Made by a program: the position numbers and the translations under genes
In this document: piece after piece, positions 18,374 through 29,600 of the stretch
How positions within the stretch are numbered: the stretch's first letter is position 1
Layout: every line of letters begins with the position of its first letter
Source of the DNA: Candidatus Cloacimonadales bacterium
GTDB lineage: Bacteria > Cloacimonadota > Cloacimonadia > Cloacimonadales > JAIOQZ01
Length of the DNA: 64,000 nt
Assembly (NCBI GenBank): GCA_963665815.1
Contig: OY762463.1
Coordinates: 1,824,001 to 1,888,000 of the forward strand
Reading direction: 5' to 3'
Notes under the pieces: generated by a model
Told to the model about the DNA's origin: nothing
Databases searched by the model: none
The model's input: the letters and a program-made list of their open reading frames with translations, nothing else

Positions 18374-19690
18374 TTATTTTCTTTCAATGTTAATGTCAAG
18401 GTTTTCAAAAACCTGATCTTTATAGAGATTGTCATTATACCAGGCAATACCAAATACAATTTCTCCCTCAATTTTCAATATCTTTGTTTTTTCTGAAATA
18501 AGCGTTTCCAGTTTCTCTTTTAATTTCAGTGCTCCTGAATATGAAGTTTCAGGTAAAAGAAGTAGAAAATTCATATCTGAGACTCGGGCTACGGCATCCT
18601 GTTTCCTTACTGTTTCCCGGATAAAGTGACTTATTTCTGTTATTTTGTTCTGCTTTTCTCTGGAAAAATCCATTACTTCAATATATGGTTTTATACTTAA
18701 ATACATAATTGAGAACTCTTTCCTGCTTCTCTCAAATCTTGTTTTAAAGTCTTCAAACTTGTACTGCATTTCCAGCAGATTGGCAAGACCTGTAAGTTCA
18801 TCAATTCTGATAGTATCTTTCAGCTTAACAAGTGTATCTTTAAGTACAAATTGAGATTCTTCCCATTTTTTTGATAGAGTTATGTCCTGAATTAACAGGA
18901 AATAATCTCCATCCGACTGTAAATCTATTGGTTCTCCGGAGAACCTGAGATAAGTTTTATGATCTTTGACAGTTGTCAAACATGTATCTGCTATAAACAG
19001 CTCTCTATTCAATACTTTCGATTTAATATCAACAGCTTTGCATTCAATGTTACTTAAAACATCCCAGAAATTCAGCTGTATCTCCTCAATTGTACTTCCG
19101 ACCAATTCTGCTACTCTTTTATTTACTTCAAGAATAGCTTTATTCTTACAGTCAATAACAATCATTCCAACTGGTGCCAGATGGAATATTGCCTCATATT
19201 TTGTTCTCAGTTTCTTATTCATATCTCTCTCAAAACTGAGTTTTTCTGTTCTTTCTTTTACTTGTCTCTCAAGCTCCTGATTCATTATCTTCAGAAATTC
19301 CCTTTGCCTTTTAATCTCAAGATGAGTGTGGACACGAGCAAGAAGTTCATTTGAATTAAACGGTTTTGTAATATAATCTTCTGCTCCGGCCTCAAAGCCT
19401 TCCACAATCTCTTGTTTCAGAGCTTTTGCTGAAATCATTAAAACAGGAAGTTCAACACCTTTCTGCTCACTTTTTATCTGACGACAAAGAACAAAACCAC
19501 TTCCGTCTTTCAGCTTGCTGTCAAGGAGAAGAATATCAAAATTATTTCCCTCAATAGCTTTTAGAGTATCTTCTCCACTCATGAAGTAGGACACATTGAA
19601 TTTCTCTTTAATAAGAATTGATCCCAATAACTGAATCTGTCTGGGATCACCACCGGCAATCAATATCTTAGTTTCACTGTTATTCTTCAC
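18374..19690 (-). CDS. Response regulator REC-PAS-degenerate GGDEF
   Basis: ILLLD, ISA, DYITKPF; PAS (APVGMIVID); DELTGLAN and DAVARVSDMNFLLLLPET (GGDEF lost). Confidence 0.85.
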   Translation of the reverse strand: MKNNSETKILIAGGDPRQIQLLGSILIKEKFNVSYFMSGEDTLKAIEGNNFDILLLDSKLKDGSGFVLCRQIKSEQKGVELPVLMISAKALKQEIVEGFEAGAEDYITKPFNSNELLARVHTHLEIKRQREFLKIMNQELERQVKERTEKLSFERDMNKKLRTKYEAIFHLAPVGMIVIDCKNKAILEVNKRVAELVGSTIEEIQLNFWDVLSNIECKAVDIKSKVLNRELFIADTCLTTVKDHKTYLRFSGEPIDLQSDGDYFLLIQDITLSKKWEESQFVLKDTLVKLKDTIRIDELTGLANLLEMQYKFEDFKTRFERSRKEFSIMYLSIKPYIEVMDFSREKQNKITEISHFIRETVRKQDAVARVSDMNFLLLLPETSYSGALKLKEKLETLISEKTKILKIEGEIVFGIAWYNDNLYKDQVFENLDINIERK

Positions 19691-21266
19691 TGTTCAGTAC
19701 TTTCCTTTTTATTCTCTTCAGCAGTTCAGGATAAAAATCCAGATACTCATCAATTTTCTCTATCTCAAAATTATTTGAACATTCAATAATTCGACTTCCA
19801 TATTCCTTCAGATAACCTACTGAATGGATATCCCCAAGCTCCTGTATTGATTCACCGAACTCGAGTATAGTTGATATCGGATGAGATTTCTTTATCTCTT
19901 CCCACACTGGAAACAACTCTATATCAAGCGAAGCCAGAACAATATCTGAAACCGGATAACTGGCAATTTCTTCAAAACTTACAAGTTCTTTAGCTTTGAC
20001 TTCAACCGTTTCATTAACAAAATTCCTGCAATACTCTTCATCGGAGTCCATTTTGATTGGAATATCAAAAAGCTGCACCTCAAAACATGATCCATTATCT
20101 AATTCGCTTGTGAGGAATATTTCCCCATTCAGCATTTCCAGCAGTCTCTTCGTGATTGCCAGACCAAGCCCGGTGCCACCGTATTTCCTGTTGCTCTGCC
20201 CTTCATTCTGAAGAAATGACTCAAAAATTCTTTCCTGCTGATCCAACCTGATACCAATTCCACTGTCTTCAATTGCAATTTTCAGATCCGCATGGCAATC
20301 TACATCATCTATAATCTCTGCTTTAGCTTCAATTCGAATAAAACCGGTTTCTGTAAATTTAATAGCATTTCCAATAATGTTAAACAAAACCTGACGCAAT
20401 CTTACTTCATCGGTATACAACTGACCCGGGAAATTTTCATCCACAGAAATACTAAACTCTAATCCTTTTTCAGCGATTTTAACAGAAAAAATGCTTTTAA
20501 TTTCCTCAAACATCTTGTAGGAATCAAAATAATCATTCTCAATAACCATTTTCCCTGCTTCAATTTTTGACAAATCCAGTATATCATTAATCAGCTTAAG
20601 CAGATTCTTCCCACCAAGAAGAATAGAATCGACATAGCTTTTCTGTTGTGGATCAGATATCATGGCAGCAAGAAGTTCTGTAAAACCAATTACAGAGTTC
20701 AATGGTGTTCTTATTTCATGACTCATATTTGCCAGAAATTCGCTTTTAGCCTTATTGGCAAAAACAGCCGATTCTCTTGCTGTCTCAAGTTCCTTTACGG
20801 CATCCATCAATTCTTCTTCTATTGATAGTCTTTCATTGACGTCCTTTCTGATATTCTGTAGTTCTGTTTCCTTCTGAAGTAAATTCTTCTTCATCTTTTT
20901 TAACTCAGTGTTCTTCTTACATATCAGGAATGCCGTTTCTAATCCTGATTTCAGATCAGATTTCGTAAAATCCTTCTTCAAAAATATTGCATTTTCTTTA
21001 AGATCCATTGGTGCATGACCAATATTCTCTGAGAATATAACAAGAGGAACATTCGAAGGAAATATGTATTTTGATGTTATATCCAGAAGTACACTAAGGT
21101 TATCATCATTTTCCATAAAAACAGCATATAATTCTGACAATTCACTCTCAGGGATATTACGTACTTCCCAGAGGTTCTCGGTATTGAAATAAATATAGTT
21201 ACTGTAATCTTCTGCAAGTCTTCTGAATATCTCTTCATCTGTTACAATCAGAATTTTGTTTTTCAT
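19680..21266 (-). CDS. Cytoplasmic sensor histidine kinase
   Basis: KSEFLANMSHEIRTPLN (H box), RLRQVLFNIIGNAIKFT (N), DSGIGI (G1), GGTGLGLAI (G2); no TM segment; ATG 21266 preferred over TTG 21281. Confidence 0.93.
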   Translation of the reverse strand: MKNKILIVTDEEIFRRLAEDYSNYIYFNTENLWEVRNIPESELSELYAVFMENDDNLSVLLDITSKYIFPSNVPLVIFSENIGHAPMDLKENAIFLKKDFTKSDLKSGLETAFLICKKNTELKKMKKNLLQKETELQNIRKDVNERLSIEEELMDAVKELETARESAVFANKAKSEFLANMSHEIRTPLNSVIGFTELLAAMISDPQQKSYVDSILLGGKNLLKLINDILDLSKIEAGKMVIENDYFDSYKMFEEIKSIFSVKIAEKGLEFSISVDENFPGQLYTDEVRLRQVLFNIIGNAIKFTETGFIRIEAKAEIIDDVDCHADLKIAIEDSGIGIRLDQQERIFESFLQNEGQSNRKYGGTGLGLAITKRLLEMLNGEIFLTSELDNGSCFEVQLFDIPIKMDSDEEYCRNFVNETVEVKAKELVSFEEIASYPVSDIVLASLDIELFPVWEEIKKSHPISTILEFGESIQELGDIHSVGYLKEYGSRIIECSNNFEIEKIDEYLDFYPELLKRIKRKVLNSEE

Positions 21267-21314
21267 ACTTTCTCTCGCCAATTGATAATTTCATCGTAAA
21301 TATACACTATTACC

Positions 21315-21344
21315 AGTATACATTGTTTTTACATGCACTGTCAA
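21315..21344 (-). promoter_or_regulatory. Putative sigma-70 promoter of the histidine kinase gene
   Basis: Minus strand TTGACA-18 bp-TATACT. Confidence 0.55.
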
Positions 21345-21541
21345 TATAAATATCGAAGTCATTTGCATTGCTTCCCGATATTGTAATGTTAAGGTTTTAC
21401 CTTTAAAAGCTTAATGAAAGCTTTGCATAATAGCAGAATCAAACAGCTTTTATATAATGAAGTAAACTTTAAAAAGCTATAGATGTTGTTATGGAGCAAT
21501 TTAACAGGACCGTCTCAATATGAATAAATAGTATCGATGAA

Positions 21542-21610
21542 ATTTTAGAATTCATCAATATAATTCTTAGAGAAGCTAATTATGATTCAGAATTTGATGA
21601 ATTCTAAAAT
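21542..21610. repeat. Perfect 17-bp inverted repeat with 35-bp spacer
   Basis: ATTTTAGAATTCATCAA (21542-21558) and TTGATGAATTCTAAAAT (21594-21610). Confidence 0.9.
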
Positions 21611-21771
21611 CGAGCCAACTACTAAAATTATGCAAAGGATTCATAATGCTCATTTATTATGTACCTGGAGTATAAAGATAAATTAAAAAAAAGACAGCAT
21701 AACTCTTCTTTTTTCTGTAACAAAGACTCAGAATCACTGTTTCTTTTGTAAACAGATGTGAGGTGTTTAAA

Positions 21772-22524
21772 GTGAAAAAAATATCTTTACTTATACCTGT
21801 AATTTTTATCATTTCCTGTATGTTTCACACGGAAGTGTACAGATTTACTTCCGATTATCCTGACAGCTACTGGCACAAAGGAAGACAAATGCTGAAAAAG
21901 GAAATTGAAGATCTCAGTCTCATTCTTAATTTCAGTAGGGTTGACAATAGAAAAATCTATTTTGATGTGTGTTTTCTTAACAAAACCGGTGACAGCATCC
22001 TGATATCACCTGACAATGTTAAATGTTTGTTTATCAGTGCTTCAGGAGACACTACTTTTGCTTCAGCAATAAATCCGGAAGATGTAATTGATAATCTGGA
22101 TAAAAAAGCTCAACGAGAAACTGCTGAGAATAATTGCGGTGAATGTATGGACGCAGGTATGTGCTTCTTTGAAGTAATCGATACATTTCAAGATCACAAA
22201 AAGACTCCTCAGGAACTTGAAGAAGCTGAGGTATCAAGAAGGGAAAGAGAAGAGAATACTGCCTTCAGACGAGAAGAGTATAAAAAAACTATGGAAGAAA
22301 TTGAACATCGCAGAAAGTTCTTCTCAGAAACTGCCCTCAGAAAAACAACTCTAAAACCTGATGAATCTATTTCTGGAAAGGTGCTGTTTAACTTTCCTTA
22401 TGATACAGTAAAAATACTGCTCACCCTTAACACAGAAAACAGAGAGTTTAAGTTCACTTTCAACAAAGTTATCCGGGAACCGGAAGAAAGAAAAAAGAAA
22501 TACAGTAAATATCCCAGAGATTAG
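21772..22524 (+). CDS. Hypothetical lipoprotein
   Basis: GTG start after GAGGTG RBS; KK + hydrophobic stretch + IISC lipobox; Ig-like ends with a coiled middle. Confidence 0.75.
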   Translation: MKKISLLIPVIFIISCMFHTEVYRFTSDYPDSYWHKGRQMLKKEIEDLSLILNFSRVDNRKIYFDVCFLNKTGDSILISPDNVKCLFISASGDTTFASAINPEDVIDNLDKKAQRETAENNCGECMDAGMCFFEVIDTFQDHKKTPQELEEAEVSRREREENTAFRREEYKKTMEEIEHRRKFFSETALRKTTLKPDESISGKVLFNFPYDTVKILLTLNTENREFKFTFNKVIREPEERKKKYSKYPRD

Positions 22525-22533
22525 TGCAAAGCC

Positions 22534-22851
22534 CTATTTCTCAGATATTATCTTTATAGACTGCACAAAATCAATATTCACGAGATCGGTTCTGTTTTTA
22601 GTCTTTACTTCCATCCAGTTATCGGATACTCTTATAACTTCTGCTTTGTTGTAAACAGTTCCGAATGATCCGGTAGAAATTGTGCAGATCTTACCTATGC
22701 AGTTTTTAACTAATTCGTTACTCATCTTGCTAACTCCTTTCTTTTTTCTCAGGTAAAATAGATATTTCAACCTGTTTCTCTGTGCTGGTATCATAACAAA
22801 GAAAATAATAAATATCGGCATATATATGGCAATAAATGTAGCTGAATTCAT
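22534..22851 (-). CDS. Small membrane-anchored hypothetical protein
   Basis: ATG 22851 with AGGAG RBS; N-terminal TM helix then small beta-rich domain. Confidence 0.7.
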   Translation of the reverse strand: MNSATFIAIYMPIFIIFFVMIPAQRNRLKYLFYLRKKKGVSKMSNELVKNCIGKICTISTGSFGTVYNKAEVIRVSDNWMEVKTKNRTDLVNIDFVQSIKIISEK

Positions 22852-22991
22852 AATATACTCCTGACAATATCTTCTGAAACAGCAGTTTATAGTCAAGTTT
22901 GTTTTTATCAGCATTTCTCAACATTCATTTCTTGGCAGGTAGTCTTTTTTAGCTAAATTATTTTTAAAATGCTTTTGCAAGGATACTCACT

Positions 22992-23762
22992 ATGCTGAAA
23001 AAAACTATTCTTATCCTTATTATACTGCAATCAGTTCTATGTTTCTCAGAAAAGATTACTCTCGCTGCAGTTAACTGGGAACCATTCACTGCCGAACACC
23101 TGCCCTATGGTGGTATCATGGGAGAAATTGCTCATACTGCATTCGCAAATACTCAGTATGATTTGGAAATAGTTTTTGTTCCATGGAACAGAGGTATGGA
23201 ACTGGCTAAGAGTGGTCAATTTGATGGACTGATTGGTATTTACTATACTGAAGAACGAGAAAATTTCTTCGATTTCAGCAATCAGATCTGCAGTGCTGAC
23301 ATCTGTTTTTTCGCTCTATCTGATAATGAAAAAATCACATTTGATAAATACTCAAATCTGAATGACCTGGATCAATTCACAATTGGTATCATAAATGGAT
23401 TTTCATATGGTGATAAATTTGATAACAAACCGTTCAGTAATCTTGAAATTTCAAACAATATGAAAATTAATGTATTGAAATTTATTGATCAGAGGATAGA
23501 TTTATTGGTTGAATCAAGAGAAAACTTCTATTATTTCATGCAACTCAATCACCCGGATGAAGCAGAGAAGATAATAGAGCTTAAACCGATTCTGATAAGT
23601 AACCCGGCATTTCTTGCAATATCCAGAAAGAATCCAAATCATCAGAAAATTATTGCTGAATTCAACAGAGAACTTCAAAAAATGATTGAGAACGGTAAAT
23701 ATCAAGCAATACTGAACAAAACCAATGAGTATATAACAAATCCCGGCAAATACGTTGAATAG
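22992..23762 (+). CDS. Solute-binding protein family 3 (periplasmic, orphan)
   Basis: Signal peptide; WEPF, VPWNRG, YYTEERE, GIINGFSYG, FNRELQKMIENGKY. Confidence 0.85.
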   Translation: MLKKTILILIILQSVLCFSEKITLAAVNWEPFTAEHLPYGGIMGEIAHTAFANTQYDLEIVFVPWNRGMELAKSGQFDGLIGIYYTEERENFFDFSNQICSADICFFALSDNEKITFDKYSNLNDLDQFTIGIINGFSYGDKFDNKPFSNLEISNNMKINVLKFIDQRIDLLVESRENFYYFMQLNHPDEAEKIIELKPILISNPAFLAISRKNPNHQKIIAEFNRELQKMIENGKYQAILNKTNEYITNPGKYVE

Positions 23763-23776
23763 AATCATAAAATGAA

Positions 23777-23801
23777 AGCCTGCTGAATCAACAACAGGCT
23801 T
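23777..23801. terminator. Hairpin between convergent genes
   Basis: AAGCCTG...CAGGCTT stem just after the 23762 stop. Confidence 0.5.
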
Positions 23802-23887
23802 AACATCATGAAGGTAAATACATTTATAACCAATTTTCAGTTACTCCTTGCAATCAACCTGTATTCTTTTCCGAGTCGGAGTAATTT

Positions 23888-24931
23888 TTAAGATTCTTTA
23901 TTTATAACATTTACTCTGGTGTCATTTGAAAGCTTGGTCATACCATCCACAATAAGCATGTCATTTTCATTGAGTCCCGATAATATCTCAACTTCCTGTC
24001 CAACTTCAACTCCAGTTTCAACTTCGCGCATCTTAACAGTTTCTCCATTAAGAATGAATACGTATTTTTTACCTTTCTTCTCAACAATATTAAACTTGTT
24101 GATTACAAAAATATCATCATGAGATAATGTCTTTACTTTAACTTTTACAAAAGCCCCCGGCTTCAGTACATTGAGAGAGTTATCAACTACAACTTCAACC
24201 TGAAAACCTCTTGTAGCAGGGTCTGCAGAAATTGATACATCACTTACTACCGCTTCTACCTGAGTACCAGGAACAGCATCCCACTCTATGGTTGCTTTCT
24301 GCCCTTTCTTAAACTTGAAATAATCTGTTTCATCAACATTAATTGTTGTTTTAAGATGCTTAGTTGCAACTATTTCGCATATTGTATCACCGGGAGTTAC
24401 TTTGTCACCTTTATCTACCGGAACGCTTGTAACTGTACCGGGAATAGGAGCTTCAACTTTCACCATTTGGGATACGGAGTTAAGGTTCTCCTTAGCAACT
24501 TTATACTGTGTTTCGATATTATCAAGTTCCTGCTGAGATATCCCACCTGCTTCAAAAACTTTTTTCATTCTGTTATATGATTTCTCTGCCATATCAAATG
24601 CCAGTTTTGTCTGTCTGTATTGAGCTGAAGGGCTATCAGTCTCAAATTCTGCGATGATATCACCCTTTTTAACCTTGTCACCAACTTTGACATTGATTTT
24701 TGCTATATTGTCACTTAAGAGTCCACTTACTTTTGTATGCTCTTCACCTTCAAGAGTACCATCATATTCTGTGTACTGATTCAAACTGCTTTTACTTACC
24801 GATTCAACTCTGACAGGAATTCCCTTGGCTTTCTGATAATCTGCAACAGATTTTGATTTAATCTTTTCCTTTGAACACCCAGCCAGCAGGATAAATGCAG
24901 ATATTAGTATTACAATGTATTTCTTTTTCAT
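23888..24931 (-). CDS. RND efflux membrane-fusion protein (lipoprotein)
   Basis: LAGC lipobox, VKVGDKVKKGD, APIPGTV, DPATRGF, LKPGAF. Confidence 0.93.
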   Translation of the reverse strand: MKKKYIVILISAFILLAGCSKEKIKSKSVADYQKAKGIPVRVESVSKSSLNQYTEYDGTLEGEEHTKVSGLLSDNIAKINVKVGDKVKKGDIIAEFETDSPSAQYRQTKLAFDMAEKSYNRMKKVFEAGGISQQELDNIETQYKVAKENLNSVSQMVKVEAPIPGTVTSVPVDKGDKVTPGDTICEIVATKHLKTTINVDETDYFKFKKGQKATIEWDAVPGTQVEAVVSDVSISADPATRGFQVEVVVDNSLNVLKPGAFVKVKVKTLSHDDIFVINKFNIVEKKGKKYVFILNGETVKMREVETGVEVGQEVEILSGLNENDMLIVDGMTKLSNDTRVNVINKES

Positions 24932-24941
24932 TTCAGCTCCT

Positions 24942-26246
24942 TTATTTATAATCTCCGATTGAGAGTTTAAACATTAATGATGAATTTATAAAATTATGAA
25001 TTGCAGATAATTCCTGAAGTTTAGCCTGTTCTAAGTTAGACTGAGCATCAACAACTTCTATTTGTGTTCCAACTCCATTAGCATACCTTACATTAGCAAT
25101 ATCAAGCGCCTTATTAGCTTCCTTTACACTTTGCTTATGCAGTTCAATTTCTCTGGCATACTGAATCATACTTTTATGATTAGATTCAGCTTCAAGCTCA
25201 ATAAGCCTCTTAGTCTGAATCAATTGAAGTCTGGCTTTTTTTATGCTGACATCAGCCTGCTTAACTTTGGCATATGTTCCACCACCATTAAACAGCGGTA
25301 CCTGTAGATTCAAACCTACATTGATATTCTTATAGCTGCAATTATCATCTATCACATCTCTGTAGCTGTCATTAGTACCTTGAATTGAGTATACTCCGAC
25401 AGCTGATAATGTTGGCAGAAAATCACCCTGAACAATCCTCTTGTTCTTTTTGTACATCTCATTCTGAAGCTCAAGGATTTTCAGTTCAAGTCTCTGCTCC
25501 AGAGCTTTGTTTTTATAGTCTTGAATATCAAGCAGTGATTTATATGCTTCATCGTCAATTGATCCGGCAAACTCTACATCCGCATCAAAATCTATCACCA
25601 GGTCAGATTTAAGTTTGTCTTCTGCCAGTTTAAGCTGATTCTCATATTGTACAAGCTGAGGTTCAACTTCTTTTACTCTGACTCTCGCTTTAACAATATC
25701 GTACTCTGAGATTAATCCCTGACTGAACATGTTTTCCAGATTTGCCAGATTCTCATCTGCATCCTGTTTAACGAGTTGAATAACTTCCAGAGCTTTTCTC
25801 GCAAGCAGAACATTATAGAAACTCTGTTTGATCTCAAGCTTCTTTTTTTCCTGTTCCAGCTGGAAGGTTTTCTTTGTTAACTCTTTATATATTGATGCAA
25901 TCTTAATTCCTGTTCCAACTTTTCCACCAACCCATATAGGCTGAGCAAGAGTAATTTCTCCCTGTAAGCTATAGTCCTGAGACTGATCTATAAATTCATT
26001 GCTACTATCCAGTTTTCTTACACCTGTAAATGAGGCATCAATCTTTGGAAGAGCATTAGAGAATGCTTCCCAGTACTGATGATCTGCATTTTTCAAATCC
26101 TGATCAGCCATCAGAATATCTTCATTATTTTTTAAGGCCATTCTCACTGCCTTATCTATACTGATAATCTCGGAAGCACTGATTACCACAGGAGTAACTA
26201 CCAATGCAACTATCATCAGTATGAAAGTAATACCTTTGTTGGACAT
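24942..26246 (-). CDS. TolC family outer-membrane efflux protein
   Basis: Signal peptide; two OEP repeats (ALPKID, FSQGLISEYD; FLPTLS, VPLFNGG, RYANGVGTQIEVVDAQ). Confidence 0.93.
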   Translation of the reverse strand: MSNKGITFILMIVALVVTPVVISASEIISIDKAVRMALKNNEDILMADQDLKNADHQYWEAFSNALPKIDASFTGVRKLDSSNEFIDQSQDYSLQGEITLAQPIWVGGKVGTGIKIASIYKELTKKTFQLEQEKKKLEIKQSFYNVLLARKALEVIQLVKQDADENLANLENMFSQGLISEYDIVKARVRVKEVEPQLVQYENQLKLAEDKLKSDLVIDFDADVEFAGSIDDEAYKSLLDIQDYKNKALEQRLELKILELQNEMYKKNKRIVQGDFLPTLSAVGVYSIQGTNDSYRDVIDDNCSYKNINVGLNLQVPLFNGGGTYAKVKQADVSIKKARLQLIQTKRLIELEAESNHKSMIQYAREIELHKQSVKEANKALDIANVRYANGVGTQIEVVDAQSNLEQAKLQELSAIHNFINSSLMFKLSIGDYK

Positions 26247-26623
26247 TATTTTTCCTCCTCGTAATAACAGATGACTCTGCTGTCAGTTACTCGAAGTTCT
26301 ATTCTTCTGAGAGTATTATTTTCGTTGTTTATATGTGATTTTAAATATTCATAAATTACTTTTGCAGTAGTTTCAGCAGTAGGATCAAGATCTGCAAACT
26401 CAGGTAATTCATTAAGGTACTTCTTATCAAAATGCTTGATTAGTGATTTCAGCTTGTCATGCATCTCGTTGAAAGGAACTGAAACTCCAAATTCATCAAC
26501 ATTCCTGAATGTAATGTAAACCCTTACAAACCATAAATGTGTATGAAGTTTGCTTTCATATTCAGCACTCAGAGTCACTTTATGTGATGCATTAAATTCC
26601 AGTGTTTCTATAAGTTCATACAT
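26246..26623 (-). CDS. QueD/6-pyruvoyl-tetrahydropterin synthase-fold protein, divergent
   Basis: FNASH...KLHTH (three Zn His), FDKKYLNE, DPTAETTAKVIY; ATG 26623 with GAAGGA RBS. Confidence 0.8.
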   Translation of the reverse strand: MYELIETLEFNASHKVTLSAEYESKLHTHLWFVRVYITFRNVDEFGVSVPFNEMHDKLKSLIKHFDKKYLNELPEFADLDPTAETTAKVIYEYLKSHINNENNTLRRIELRVTDSRVICYYEEEK

Positions 26624-26627
26624 ATTT

Positions 26628-29600
26628 CTATCCTTCAGTGTTATCTTTGTTCTTTTTAGAGAACTGCACATAGAATGCAGGGATTACGTACAAGGTTAAT
26701 ATTGCAGACATTAACAGACCTGACATGGAAACCACACCAACCCCCTGACGCATTTCCGCACCGGAGCCAAGTCCCAGAGCAAGGGGCATCATACCAAGAA
26801 CTGCTGCCAGTGTCGCCATTATAATAGGTTTAAGTTTAAGATGACTTGCTTCCAGAATAGCCTTACTTACTGAAGTACCTGTTCTATTAAGCTGATTAGC
26901 ATAATCAAGCATCAGAATCGCATTGTTCACAACAATCCCGATCAGCATAATGATTGCCATCATTGAGAGGACGTTAAGTCCTACTCCAAAAACAACCAGA
27001 CCAAGTACAACCCCAATCATTGCCAATGGCACAGTGAACATAATAAATACACCCTGAGACCAGGATTCCAGAATTGCTACAATAAGCAAAAATGTTAGGA
27101 CAATTGCAAGCATAAATGCTGATTTCATTGACTCCTGAGAATCATTCTGGTGTTCAGAATCACCACCCTGTTGTATTTCATAACCATCAGGTATTTCAAT
27201 TTTTTCATCTATTCCAGCCTGAATATCGGACACAATTTTACCAAGTGAACGATTACCGACATCTGCAGTTACTGAATGCTTGAGTAGTTTACTTTTCTTG
27301 TACAACATTGTAGGTGCTGTTGTGTATTCCAGTTTTGCCAGTTCAGAAAGTTTCTTAGGTCCTTTACTTGTAAGAATGACAAGATCTTTCAATCTGTTGA
27401 TATCTTCTATATCTTCTTCTGCCAAACTTACGGTAATATCATATTCTTCACCGTTAACTCTATACTTTGATGCTGAGATACCTTCTACATTTGCCCTAAT
27501 TGTCATACCGATTGTATAGGCATTCAGGTTAAGATCTGAGATTTTTCTTCTGTCAGGTATGACTTTTATCTCCGGTTTTCCCGGTCGAATATCAGTATCA
27601 ACATTTACCGCACCTTCAACTTGCACAGCAATATCATAAACCTGATATGTAAGATCTTTAACTACTTCAATGTCTGCTCCAAGAACATCAAATGAGATAG
27701 CTGATTTCCCGGTATTGAATTGAGATGCCTTACTTACCTTAATGATAGCATCCGGGATATCAGAAAGATCATTACTCAGCTTATCAACAAGTTGTTCTGT
27801 TGGAGTAATTCTATCATCTTTCATCAAGACATTCATTGATCCAAGATAAACACCCTGACTTGAGCCAAGTTTACCGATATTAACGATAATCTTTTCCACA
27901 TCTTTGTTTACTTTGATTCTATTTTCAATCATTTCAAACAATTCAGAAGTTTTTTCAATATCATAATAAGGAGGAAACTCGATTGATACTTTTGCTTCTC
28001 CATTATCTGTAACAGGGAAGAATTCACTGTCAATTTTTCTACCTAACGATGCAATGACGCCAACAAGAAGTAAAATTGATAGAGCAATAATCGACAATCT
28101 TCTCTGCCATGATTTGATTATCCATCCAACTGTATTCATGTACCTGATACTAATCTTCTCGAACTTATTCTCGAACCAGATACCAAAGGCATTCATCTGT
28201 TTTATTTTTCTTTTTCGTTTTTTGTTTATTCTTTCAATATCATGTTTGTCTCTGATTATCTGCGAAGCCAGCATTGGAGTAACAGTAAAACTTACCAGAA
28301 TAGAAATACCCATAATAAATACAACAGTAAGCCCGAACTCCTTGAACATCATACCGGCAATACCGTCCATTGTACCAATTGGTACAAACACAACAATATT
28401 CGTGAGAGTAGATGCCAGTACTGCTACTGCAATCTCTTTTGTTCCTTTGTAAGATGCCTCAAGTTTACTCATTCCCATATTAACATAACGGTCAATGTTT
28501 TCCAGAATCACAACTGAGTTAGTAACAAGAGTACCAACCGATACCGACATAGCCATAAGAGTCATCACATTGAGTGTGAATCCGGCTGCCTTTACTGCAA
28601 GAAAAGTCGCAATCAGTACAATCGGCATGGAGAAAGCAACTACAATTGTTGATCTTACATTATGTAAAAATATATACAATACAAGTGCTGTAAAAAGGAT
28701 TCCGAGGTAAATTGCTGACATCGTATCATTTACAGAATCTTTGACAAATGTTGATGAGTCTCTGGCAATTTCCAGACTTGAACCTTCAGGAAGTGTTTCA
28801 TTTATCTTTTTTACTTCAGCAATCACTTCCTCTGCAACTGAAACCGAATTAGCCTCTTTAAGTTTCTGGATATCAAGATTGATTACACTGGCATTTCCTT
28901 TATCCTTACCATTCAGAAGATTATGAAAACGTCCTATATCTGTTTTATCTTCTGCTCCATCAATAATTGTGGCAATTTCTTCTAATCGCCTCTCTCCCTT
29001 AGGAGTTACTATTTTCATTGTTCTCAGTTCTTCCAGGGATTCTATCTCTCCATCAAATTTTACAGTATATTCCTTACCGGATTTCTTAATTGATCCACCC
29101 GGAACACTGAGATTATTCTGCTGGAGAAAAGAAACTATCTGCAGTGGTGAAATGCTGTATTTCTTAAGTTTTTGTGTGTTGAGAACTACTTTAATCTCAC
29201 GATTCTGCCCTCCATTGATTTCAACCTGTGCTACTCCGGTAATAATTGAAAGCTTATTCTTCAGATTATCTTCTACATATTGATTTGCATCAGTAGGCTT
29301 CATATCCGATACAAATGACAATTGTACAACAGCATCACCCATAACATCATATTTACCGATTACAGGATCTTCTGCATCATCCGGGAAATCATTGATAATC
29401 TTATCAATTTTGTCCTTAACTTCCTGATTTGCCACATCAGGGTCTTTATCCAGATCAAACCGAATAATTACCTGTGTGAACCCCTCCATAATATAGGATT
29501 CAACATCATCAATCCCACTGATTGTTGATACTTCATCCTCAATCTTCTGCGTAATATTTGTTTCAATTTCCTCTGCTCCGGCTCCGGGATAAATTACTTG

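Noticed and set aside
18283-18471. 62-aa minus-strand ORF
   Set aside because: It overlaps the end of the REC-GGDEF gene in another frame and spans the putative promoter; no motif
21542-21610. Integron attC site or IS ends
   Set aside because: No RYYYAAC/GTTRRRY core boxes, integrase or transposase; kept only as an unexplained inverted repeat
26246-26623. Assigning the gene symbol queD and a queuosine or 7-deazaguanine DNA-modification cluster
   Set aside because: Catalytic Cys/His/Glu are missing and no queC, queE, folE or dpd genes are in the window
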